From Marsupella aquatica (Eukaryota; Plantae; Marchantiophyta): DNA of 64,000 bases. Within the stretch, counting starts at the first letter, position 1, and the number at the start of each line of letters is the position of its first letter. Shown here piece by piece: positions 26,652 to 38,374 of the stretch. The notes under the pieces were generated by a model. The model was not told the origin of the DNA. It searched no databases and saw only the letters and a list, made by a program, of their open reading frames with translations. The stretch is taken from the NCBI GenBank assembly GCA_973895155.1, contig OZ316894.1:13060828-13124827 (forward strand), read 5' to 3'. The position numbers and the translations under genes were made by a program.

Positions 26652-28538
26652 GATTACTTATCTCTACCATCCACAGTCTACCCCGCGCACAGCATTCCCC
26701 GGCCCATAGCAGACTTTGTTAGAACTTTGCTGCTATTATTCAGCCCTTTTTTATTTATCTCTTTTCCATAGCCTTCGATTGCCAATCCCTTTTTTTCAAA
26801 TTATTGATGTACCCTGAACTTGCTCTCTTGGAATTCTCGATCCACTTTCCACCATTCACTAGAGCATTTCAAACTCTTCCCCAACCTGATCTCCCCTCCG
26901 TGCTCATCCCTCCTCCTCATTCACAACATTTTTTGACATCCACCACACATCTCATTTAATAGCCCCAAGCTCACCAATTCTCATGACTCCATGAAAATCT
27001 AACTAGACTCCACACTTTTTCCTGAACAGCAATCGATCCTATTCCTTACCTCCAATCTCTTTCCACGATACCATCCCCATCGCTCCTTGTCGTCCACGGC
27101 TTCCATCCTTCCACACATACATAATTTTCCCCACACACTCACACATTGTTTCACACTGTAACTCTCAATCAGCTTTCCAACTCTATGCCAGACCTTCTCA
27201 CTCATATATTCATCCTCTCACCTCCAATCCGAGCACACTTCTTCCAAACTCATATATATTCTAGTGTGATTCCCAAATTCTTCCTCACCTCTGCACATCC
27301 AAAATTTATCCTCTCATTCCCTCAGCAACACTATGCATTCCTGAGTACCCAGCTTTGATCACATCATATTCTTGGTTTGGTCCTTTGCCTCATGCCCGCT
27401 TCCACATACAAGTGCCACTTGCATTTTACGGACTGGCATTCTCAACGGACTCTGTGGCAGGTATTTAGGAGCAACACAATTGCCAATCAGGACTCCATAG
27501 CTAAAAACTTCTCAAGTTGTGGAGTTGACCCTATTCCAATTCTTTTCTCTCACCTCTACGCAAGGAGAATTCCTTGTTTCTTACTTCAGATCTTCATCAC
27601 TTTGTCCTCCAACCATTCTCACCATGTCCTTACCCACTTCCGCTCCTTGACACTCCAAAAAATCCAACAACCACAATGCATCTAGAATTCCTTCCCAGAC
27701 CTTAGTATCTTGCCTGCTTTGCCTCATTCGCCTGACAGACCAAATTTTCCCCAACAACCACCATCGGCCGTTTTTCTCCTCTGATTCTCAATAAAGCGCT
27801 CAGCCTCAACCATTGACTTGTCCCCAAAGTCCACTCTAACCTCCTCACCTTTGAAAACTGCCCCTTATGAAGTTTTTGAATCCTTCAAGCCGACACGTGT
27901 TGCTACCACAATAATTTGCCTTAAAATCCATTTAGCCTAAGCTAAATCCTTCTTCCTTTATTTCTCTTCTGTCCTATTGCTATTCTTTTCAAACAAAAGC
28001 CCTTCTCAAAAACACAAACCACCTTCAAGCATCTCCAATCTAGAAACAAGGCATTTTCCTTTCCCTCCTTCATTATCAGACCCAACTACACTGTTTGGAG
28101 GAAGCGGTGGCTTTGGAGAGGATGAAGAAAGATGAGGTCATCCAGCGGCTTAGAAGAAAGGAAGCCAAGACTGGAGACATGAAGGCAACAAGCAGGCTCA
28201 AGACGAGCTGCTGGGTACGGCCAAGGTCAGGGAAGTTGGGCTGCCTTAGAAGGGAAGAACAAGAAGAAATGAGGCAGTCAGGCCAGGTGTCAAGCGGTTG
28301 ACATTGGGTCTTGACACCAAAGCTATCACTATTGGGTGCCAAAACTATCTCCTTGTACCTGAGGATCAGGAAGGGATGTTGTGAAGGCTGGTATACACCG
28401 GTTTATCCCCTTAACGCCAGACTATCAAAGCAAGACTCTGTCACACATCACCCAAGCTCAATCCCAAAGGACCAAGGCTGGGAATCAGCTCTTGCACTCA
28501 TGATAGTTCTGGTGAGAAGGGGGTCTTCATGTCGGGCC

Positions 28539-30727
28539 TGTACACACAGGGCCTAGCGCTACGGTGTGCATATGTCTATACGTATGCTTACTGCCATAGG
28601 TATGTTTCTATTCCGCCGCCGGAATGTACCCATAAACCAGTGACTCTGACTGATTCCCGGCTTAGGGACTTCTAAGCCATTGCCCCACCACTCTGCCATT
28701 CCACTCCCAACAATCAGAGTTATGACAGCCCTCACCCAACCCACTTCAATGCACCCGGTACACCTCTCAGTGGCGCTGCTAGTCCCATCATACACTCAGA
28801 TTGCCTCACACACACACACATCCATGAGAGAAATGAGGCCTGAGAGGAAAACTCAATTAGATTCAACGATGTGCACAATAGTTCACTGAGAACACTTGAT
28901 TCAAACAATAGTCCCGAAGGCTATCTACTCCAGATTGCGACGTGCTTGCCCCGCAAGTCCCGTGCTTGCCATGCAAGCTCAATCCTGAACTTGAGCCCGG
29001 CTCACTCCAGATTGCGACGGCAGATTGGACTCGAACCAATCCCGTACTTGCCTTGCAAACTCAATCCTGAACTCAACCTCCTTCACTGCACTTCATTCTT
29101 GGGGGCACATACAGATCTCACACCTCCATTTTAGAATGTCAAGTTACGCATGCACAGTTGACTCGACTTCAAAGCTAGTACTAGGCCTAACGGCGATCGA
29201 TCTACCCCAGACTGCAATGAGGCCCGGCCTCATGCTTGCCTTGCAAGCTCAGCTCTGGCCATAAATCCCTTAGTGCTCTCTACCAGACAAAGGCCGGGAC
29301 TCCCCATGGATCACGTAGCCTTGCCAAACTGAACTGTAAATGCTCCTCCTGCTGCACCTCAATCAGTGTCTCAGCCTCCCTACTGTGCTCATCGTAAATG
29401 CAATCAAAATCCTCCCCACAGTTTACAATCACCAATACGTCACCTATCACCAAGGTTATGTATCGGGGGAAAAGAACCCAGTTGTGCTGCCCACTAGAAA
29501 GAGCCACAATCCAGCTCGCAAACCTGGCAAACCGTTGCTATGAAGCTTGGCTGATTACTCCCTGAGTAATAGCACAACCCAGCTCTCCCCACCACACGAC
29601 GTCCAAGTCCAGCCTTGCTTGCACAGAGCTCCTCCCTGATGCTCAGTCTACGTGAGATCACACAACTGAAGTCCCCCCTGCCTCTACCGGGGGGCTGTCC
29701 TATATACTCTCACACTAAGCCCAAATGGGTGGATGCTACGTTGTTGGCGCCCCATCCTAGCCCTAACAAAGCCGCCACTATATCTAACTACTAAACCCTA
29801 ACTCGCAACTTTATTTCTATCTCAAACTGACTATGTACTTCGGATTTGGCTCTCCTCCATGGTTTTCGCGAGCTTGCACCTCCTCTCCCGATTTCTCTAT
29901 TCAACCATTTGCTGCGTGGGTAGCAGAGTTGGAAGCGGCTTGAGCTCCTCTTTCCAACGAGGTCAATTATAGTCGATTTGGGCAAATACAGAGAAAGTTA
30001 TGCCCCCGCAACCGAGAGGGGGTACACACTGTTGCGCTAACCCGAGTTACATAGCTAACCCGAGTTTGGCTAACCAAGCTATCTATCTAGCCCGAGTAGA
30101 GCTAACCCGTGGCCTCTGGCTAATCTGCTACCCGCTAGTCTGCTAGTCTTCTAGTCCGCTAGTATGCTATCGCTAGTCTGCTAGTCTGCTAGCCACTAGT
30201 CTGCTATCCGCTAGTCTGCTAGTTTGCTATCGCTAGTCTACTAGTCTGCTAGCCGCTAGTCCGCTAGTATGCTAGTCCGCTAGTCTGCTATCCGCTAGTC
30301 TGCTAGTCTGCTAGCCACTAGTCTGCTAGTCTGCTAGCCACTAGTCTGCTAGCCGCTAGTCTGAGCCCAAACCCGAGCTGACCTATGCTAACCCGGGCCC
30401 GAGGTCAGGCTAACCCAAACTTGGGCTAAGCCTAAGCTGAAGCCGGGCTGACCTAAGTTAAGCCGTGGCCAAGCTTAGGTTAACCCGAAACCGAAGCCAA
30501 ACCCGCTAATTCCGGCCACAAGTTAACCCGACACACTAACCAGGCCGTATCTTTCTTAATACACCTCCGTTTCCCGAGTGTTTTATATCGATTTTACTCG
30601 CCTTGACCAGATCTTTCCAATGCTCTTTATAGATCCGGATTTGGTGACACATTGAAAGAGATACGGTCACCGACCACCCGCGATATATGATTGCCCTTAT
30701 TCTTGCCATCTCGCTGATCGTTCTACA
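28539..30727. mobile_element. Probable long LTR containing tandem repeats
   Basis: tgtaca...ttctaca ends. TSD not confirmed. Confidence 0.4.
30130..30365. repeat. 8-bp tandem repeat (CTAGTCTG/CTAGTCCG)n
   Basis: Roughly 28 degenerate units visible directly, flanked by gctaacccg repeats. Confidence 0.9.
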
Positions 30728-31181
30728 GTCTCACAGTTACTTACTGTGCACAGCATACCAATTCCATCGTATTATTGAATAAGGACCATGTCACCGGCGT
30801 CACACCAGGCCAACATTGCAATCTACAATAAGGCCATGGTGGATGCCCAGAGGACAGAGAAGGCATTGAAGGGAGAGCCCAATGATCTTTGCAAGGACTA
30901 TCAACAAAAGTGTGCCTACTATGACAAAACCCATAGGCCATTTCTCTGTTCAAGGAGGAGCTTGCAACGTTGTCAACCAATTTTCAAGCCAACCTGCGTT
31001 GGAAGGACTCAAGAAGAACTGAAGTGAATGTGCAATGAGCAATCTAAGTATAGTGGCTCTGGAGTGGTCCTGACAAAGCCTATTAGCTTCAAGAAAAACC
31101 AGGGTTTGCTACAAGTACGTTGCCCAAAGTGCTATTAAGAGGAGAATGCTTGCTTGGAGAACACCAAGCACATTAACTATA

Positions 31182-34100
31182 TGTTGAGCATAGACAACAA
31201 TCGCAATGACAAGCCCATGAACCATCCAACGCACAAGAATCAACATAGAGATATATGTGGTTCACCTCCACATGAAGCTACGTCCACAAGAACACACAAG
31301 AGCTTTACTGCACTCTTGGCCAACCGGCCATACCAAGCATCCATAGCAAAAGCTCTCTCTATCTCTCAACTATCTAGTTGTGTAACAATGAGCCTGAGTT
31401 CTCACTCTCCAAGCAAACACCACTTGGGTATAGAGTCTGCACAGCATGACTAACCTAACCAAGTCTGTGACTAAGGTTAGCCTTAACTACGGTATAGTTG
31501 TAATCTCTAGACCTAAGAGTAAATCCTAACAATCTCTCCCTTGACTTTGGTCTAAGGGAGGGTAAAGACTGCTACCAATATGATTGCTCAGCGGGAAGTT
31601 CTGGAAAGAAAAACCAAACCAGTTTTTCCCTCTTTATACGAGAGTGGACCATAACTAAGCCGTAGCCTATACAAGGAATGAGCAAGAGCATATCTCAGTA
31701 TCTACTCAAATTAATGTTAAGTATCCCTACTTGTGAGGCAATTGCAGAACCTACGACCCATCACTATGTCTGGAAAAACTCTCCAAAGGAATCACTTTGG
31801 TAAAAGCTTCAACCGAGTTGAGTTTATCGTCAATCTTGACTTGCGCAAATAGATTATCAGACACAGCCTACGTGATAAAATGGTACCTGATGTCAATGTG
31901 CCTCACTCTATTGTCTGTAACCTGGTTCATAGCAAGGTGGAGTGCACTCTGACTATCACATGTCAATGGAGCTTCACATTCCCTTGTGGCAATCCCATCT
32001 CAATGATCAGTCTATCCAACCAAATAGCTTCCTTTGCTGCTTCTGCTACTGCAACATACTTTGCTTCTATAGTAGACTGAGCAATACGTACACTTATGCA
32101 AAGTAGACCTCCAACTTATGCATCCACCTCCCAATGTAAACACATAACCTGTTGTTGACCTCCTCCAATCTAGATCTTGTGCATAGTTAGCATCTACATA
32201 GCCCATCAATGATCTAGCATTATCAGCATGTGCATCAAACAATAGACTATGATCCACGGTACCCTTCAAGTACCAAATAATCCACTTCACTACTTCCCAA
32301 TGTACCTTCCCTGGATTTGACATGTACCTACTCAACTTGCCCATAGCCATGGCAAGATCAGGTCTAGTGCAAGTCATCAAATACATGAGGCTCCCCACTG
32401 CCTTGTCATAAGGAACCTTTGACATCAGCCCCTTCTCTGTCTCATCCGTAGGACAAAAATCTGATGACAGCTTGAAGTGTGGAGCCAATGGGGTACTTAC
32501 TGGCTTGCTATCCCCCATGTTGAGCCTTGAAATTACCTTCCTTGCATAACTGCCCTCCGTCAACCATAGTTTACCAGCCTCCAAGTCCCTAGTGATCTCC
32601 ATACCCAAAATCCTCTTAGCTGGCCCTAAATCCTTCATTTTAAACTCTGCACTAAGCAGTGCCTTGAGCTTAACAATCTCAGACCTATCCTTGGCCGCTT
32701 ATTCCATTGTCTTGGTGACTGATTCAACCCGTACAAGGATCTCAGCAATCTGCAAACTAAATCCTCTTGCCCTCTCTTCACAAAACCTAGCGGTTGTCTC
32801 ATGAAGATCACCTCTTCCAAGGTGCCATAGAGGAAAGTTGTGATGACATCCATTTGATCTAGCAACAGACCCGAGAGCAGACCAAACATAACAACAAGCA
32901 CACACAATAGCCGTATTATTGAGTACTTAGCAACTGGTGAGAAGACCTCAATATAATCCACACTTTTTTCCTATGTGAATCCCTTGGCTACCAACCTAGC
33001 CTTGTAGACCTTCAATCCACCTCCCGTGGACTGATCCTTTAACTTGTATATCCACTTGCTATCCACCACTTGTTGTCCCTCAGGCAGCTTGACAAGCTCC
33101 CAAGTTTTGTTGTCCTTTAGTGATTGTATCTCTGTTTGCATTGTTGTAGTCCACTCTTGCTTCTCCTTAGAAGCACTTGTCTCATGAAATGAAGAAGGTT
33201 CCCCTTCTTCCAAAATCAATGCATCACTCTCATCATCAGTAACAAATCCTCATCTTGCAACTGAGATGAATCAATCCACTATCTATACCTTGGTGGAGCG
33301 CGTACAGTGCAACCAAATGTTCTTCTAGCCGATGACTCCGGTTGATCTGCGTGTGCTAGTACAATCTGAAGCTCAACAACATCCATTTGCTGCTCACCAG
33401 CATGAACAAAATCCTTTGGTTTCTCTGGCATAGGAACCAACTCCATAATTGGAGCAACTCCTTCTCTCCAGTCATGCACCTCATGACCAATCTCCCCCTC
33501 AATGAGATCCAGGATAGGAGATTTTCCTTTGTCAGTACGGGAGACTTGAGTATTTTTCCCCTCCTTCAATAAACTGACAACCAACTTACAGGCAATAGGA
33601 TCCCATAGCCTATAGGCCTTCACACCACTCTGGTACCCAAGAAAAACATATTTCTCAAAGGTAGGATCCAACTTGGTCCTATTCTACTTTGGTGTGAGAG
33701 CATATGCATCACTTCCAAAAACTCTAAGCCATGATAGTTTGCTTGCTGTTTATAGTGCATCTCAAACGGCATTTTGAAATTGATAGCACTAGAAGGAGAA
33801 AGATTGGCTCAACATAAATAAGTTTATGTCCAAAATTCATGTGGTAAACCTGATTGGCTCAACATACTCCATGATTGCTCCAATAGTGTCCCAATTGAGC
33901 CTCTGACGACCCCATTTTGCTGTAGAATATAAACTATGGTGAGATGATGAGTTACCCCCTATTCTGAACAATCTCTTCAAATTCCACCAAAGTGTACTCC
34001 CCGTCGTTGTCTGACCTCAGACTCTTCACCTTTGTATCCAAATACTTGACCGTGTTTCCAGTTTGATTCTCCACCTGGACCTTCCACTTCTTAAAATGGA

Positions 34101-34219
34101 CAAGACATCGGAATTATGGGTCATGAAATAAATTCACACAAATCTTGAGTAATCGTCAATAAATGATACATAGTACAACTTTCCAGAATGTGAGGGAGTT
34201 GGGGATAGACCCCACACGT
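31182..34219 (-). mobile_element. Degenerate Ty1/Copia 3' half: integrase, RT, RNase H, PPT and 3' LTR (31182-31531)
   Basis: YKARLVAKGFT, LYGLNQSPRQW, MKDLGPAKRILGMEI, TRPDLA and GYVDA..RRSTTGYVF. PPT at 31532-31545. Several frameshifts. Confidence 0.9.
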
Positions 34220-34470
34220 TGTCTGAGGACCAGTTTAAAGCGGTATGAAATTTAACTTTTTGTGTTTTTAGGGACTAGACTCTTTCATCTTAGTTTTTAT
34301 AAGTTATTTAAACTCTATTTTATCTTTTTTAGTTCTTATTTCCAAGGCCAAATTACACTATCCTTTCATATCAAAACTTTAAATCATTGCTTTCATTCAT
34401 TCACAACTCAATCATTGCATTCATAAATATTGCTCATACATATTTTTCATCCATCTACAACTCATCATTT
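34220..34470. mobile_element. LTR start of the 22259 family, truncating the Copia integrase
   Basis: tgtctgaggaccagtttaaagcggt matches tgtttggggaccagtttaaagcggt at 22259. Confidence 0.6.
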
Positions 34471-35413
34471 CCACGGCAAAAGTAATCCAAACTTTTTAAT
34501 GTTTCTTTTGTTTAAGAAAAAAAGTTTTGGTTTGAAGTTACAAAGAGTTTTCTTTGGTTGCCCGTTCTCTAGCTTGGGTTTCACTAGAAGAAACCGAGGT
34601 CATCTGAGACCACAATATGTGACTCATTTTGGCTCATGTGACTTCATTGTGACTCAACGTGACGTGACCCAGGCTGTGACCCTTGGAGTTGCAAAAGTTG
34701 AGACCAAAAAATGGAAGTCACTATTGATACTGGACATTGCGACTTGCTTGATACCCATTTGTGACTGATCTGTGACTCCATTATGGAGTCTAGCCTTGCA
34801 ATGTGACTTTAATTAGTCATAGGGTAAGTCATGCCCATGACTTACTTGCCCTTAACAGCACCTAGCTTGTGACCTTTTAGTGTCACATAATAGAACCATT
34901 TGGGTCACACAACAAAACCATTTGGGTCTCTATATAGTCATGTTCATAACTAATAAGGTTGAGATGGAATTTAGGGAAGTTGTAACCATGACTAATGAAT
35001 TGTGTAACAGTTCATAAGGAGAGAGAGTCAATTCATGAGCACTCCACATTGCAATACATAGAAACACTCATGTTGACACTTTAGAAGTATAACATATTGA
35101 ATACAAGAAATGAACAAAGCATGAATGACATCCACATGAAACAAAGCATAATCTATAAGCAGATCCTACATAAAACATTCATAAGAATTCAACGGAATCA
35201 CAATATTGCTAAAAGATGATGATCAATTCAATTACAATGGAATAGTTTACAATGTCATCAATGTAATTAAGAGAAAATAGGAACTTGTAAACTGATAATT
35301 GTTTGAAATAATTGAAAGCAAATGCATGATACTATCAATTATCAAACATGATAATGCATTGCTTCTTGAATTCTAAAATCTACAGAGCATGACTCACACT
35401 ACAAACAAATAAT

Positions 35414-38364
35414 TGTTGTAACTCATACTTGAGTTAAGTCTACCTTTGGGATAACTACCTATGTAACTACCCTAACTACTTAGGCCGTAGCCACATGTAC
35501 ATATTCTACCAAGAGTAAAGATGGAACCAACTCTTTGTCTCATTTATCCCACAACACGTTATCAGCACGAGCCTAAGACTGGCTGAATTTTTTTTTAGGC
35601 CATGACTGATTCACTCTAAGACGAAGAAAGAAGGGAAAAGACGTGATTCGAATGTGCCAAAGTTTTTTTTGCGAGAGCTGCTTGAAGCGCTGCACGAGCA
35701 ATTTTTCTTTGGAAGAAAGGCCAAGGAAGAATTGATCCCAGCTATGGTGAATTGAATATCAAGGCGCCATCTTATTCGGTGCACGCTTTTCAAGTCGGTA
35801 TAGCAGTAAGGCAATAGCAACAGTCAGTCAGAGCCAATGTTGTTGACGCGTTCACAAATCTGGAAACGAGCCAGCGATTGGAACTCCAGCCATTTCGAGG
35901 AGTCGGAAGTTGGTGGCCAAGGTGTTTTCTCACTCCCTGGCGAGCAAGACCCTCACACCAACTACATCTTTTATTGATAAGATTTCTAGCGAGCACCAGC
36001 TCACTGACGGCTGGTCGTGAGCGCACAACAGATTGGAGTACGACAACCTACTCTATTTCCTGTGTTTGCTTCTAGTTCTACTCGAGTCTACCGCTGGAGG
36101 CATTCGAAATGGACGAAGCAGTAACAGGATGTTGTGATTTCTTTCCCGACACTACGCTTTCCCGACACTATGCTGACAGAAAAGCAGGACAAACATGGGG
36201 AAATTAAACCCGTTGGTCGCATCACTGGAAAACGAAAGAAGGATTTGGAGCAATCGCGTAAGAAGTGCAAAAAGAAGCAAGTGAAGAAAGTCGCGACTTG
36301 CAGACCATAGAAAGTAGCGACCTCCACTTCAGGCAGCGAGATCATCACACAAGCAAACCGATCCAAGGCGCAGATCACAGCCTCAATTCCATAAGGAACT
36401 CGTAAGGATAGCAGGAGATAAGGAAATTTTTCTTAGAAGATTCGAAGAGAACTCAAGAAGAAAGCAGAACAGAACGGAAGTCTATCCCCAACCGAGGATC
36501 ACAAGATTACATTCTTCGTTAGTCATTGATGAGTCTTTTGCCCTTCGAGAGTAACGGATCTTGAAAAGCAGCATTCCCCTCCAGGGTGAAAAGGATAAGA
36601 AGAGCAAGACGACAGCAATAGAGAGAAGACGATCGAAAAGCGTAGGCAGGTCCCGTGAATTACCCTCATTCGCCGTTGCCCCTTCTGGAGAGCAACGATG
36701 GGTTTGTTCGAGAGCAGCTGGTACCCTGAAGGAAGATGATAAAGAAGAGGAAACCGAGCTACTGGATGCTCTAGTTTCTAAGCCGTACTGCGATGATGAC
36801 GGCCTTTCCTACCGGCATTCTCACCAGACTTTACTATGTTGATGGAGACACCAAGAGCTTGATCGACTTTACACATCCATGACAATGGAGATTGAAGGAA
36901 GATTTCACATTTAGGGAGCACGAACAAAAGACCCTCGGAGAAAAGAGGATAAGAGCACGAAGGGAACGCGCGCAGCAAAGAACAAATCTCGCAACAAAAA
37001 CGCTGAAACGTCGAGAAAACGTCGAGAACATACCGCTAAGTGCAAACCCTCCTTAATTGCAAAACCCGTCAAATAGATTTGCGTATACAAAGAACAATGT
37101 GCACTGAACCAGGGAAACACACATACTAAGAACGGGGACGAAATGGCATTAAAATGAAAGATATCTATTGGGAATATTACCATATAAGAATTGCCATTCA
37201 CAAATTCAGGGGGAGAATTGTTTTTCCCAACGTGCCTACTGCACTTAAAAGTTAAGCTCTGTGCCTACTACACATGGAAGCCAATGAGTGCCTACTGCAC
37301 ATGGAAGTAAATGACAAATTGAGGGGGAGACCTCAAGTAAGACTTGACATCAAGTAATGTAACCCATGGGATGTGCCTATTGCACAAGTGCCTTTCGCAC
37401 CAATGAATACCTAAAAATGGAACTCTATTCCATGCATATGGCAAATCATGAAATCTAAGGAATTTTTATAAATGATTGAATATGGTGTTAACACAATCAC
37501 TTACCAATACTTGATGAGGTATACTGGATATTAAAGTACCATATGATAATATGAGGTACAGTACCAGGTCATAAGGTACCATAAGGTGAGACATGGCATG
37601 GTAAGGCACCATAAGAGATGGTGCGCCATACCCCAATATGATAACCCTACGTTGTGGATATGGTACGTGATGTGGTGCAAATAGGTTATGCCCACACCAA
37701 ATCTAGGGTTGGACACCCAATCCAATTCCAAGGCCATGGATTACACCATATCATCTTCGTTTTGTACTAATACTTTACTTTGTCATGGCATGTAATCGGT
37801 GACCATCAAGGAGTCTCCATTTCCAGATTGGAAGGAGACACGAGAAACAATCAACCAAGGAAGATCTTCAACAAGCCTATAGTGTTGACAAACACCTTAA
37901 GAGACTTTGTAGAAATTAAACATACACTATATGCTTAAACCCAAATATGTTACACCCATGGGGATGGTAATACTCTTTCCTCCCACAAAGAAAGTAGGGG
38001 AGGTTTTAATGAGGTTACATCCCCCACTTACACTTTACCATGCAACATGAATTATAAGACATCTATTAGGAGAAGCTTGACATTCATTTATAGTAGACTT
38101 GAGATGGCTACACCATTTATAAAATAGGCTAGACATAAACAAAACCTATTGTATACCACTGAATATACCCAAAGTAGACTCTTGATTGTAACATTTCAAC
38201 CCCAATGTTACAAAGGGGGAGTGTTGTAACTCATACTTGAGTTAAGTCTACCTTTGGGATAACTACCTATGTAACTACCCTAACTACTTAGGCCGTAGCC
38301 ACATGTACATATTCTACCAAGAGTAAAGATGGAACCAACTCTTTGTCTCATTTATCCCACAACA
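35414..38364 (+). mobile_element. Non-autonomous LTR retroelement (Bianca-dependent, TRIM/LARD-like), copy 1
   Basis: Identical 143-bp LTRs at 35414-35556 and 38222-38364. TSD ATAAT, PBS cgttatcagcacga, PPT aaagggggag. No gag/pol ORF. Confidence 0.93.
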
Positions 38365-38374
38365 ATAATGACAT

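Noticed and set aside
27380-27550. Possible MuDR zinc-finger remnant on the minus strand (ECQSVKCKWHLY)
   Set aside because: Too short and degenerate, with no supporting DDE domain or TIRs seen.
12889-31531. LTRs at 12889 and 31182 as the two ends of one element
   Set aside because: The first has its own TSD on both sides. The second is the 3' LTR of an element lying to its right, and the two are diverged.
35557-35570. tRNA gene
   Set aside because: Only a 13-14 nt PBS complement, with no cloverleaf.
36641-37200. Identity of the copy-1 cargo and the shared 5' arm ORFs
   Set aside because: They look gene- or UTR-derived, but no family could be recognised by eye, so they are left unnamed.
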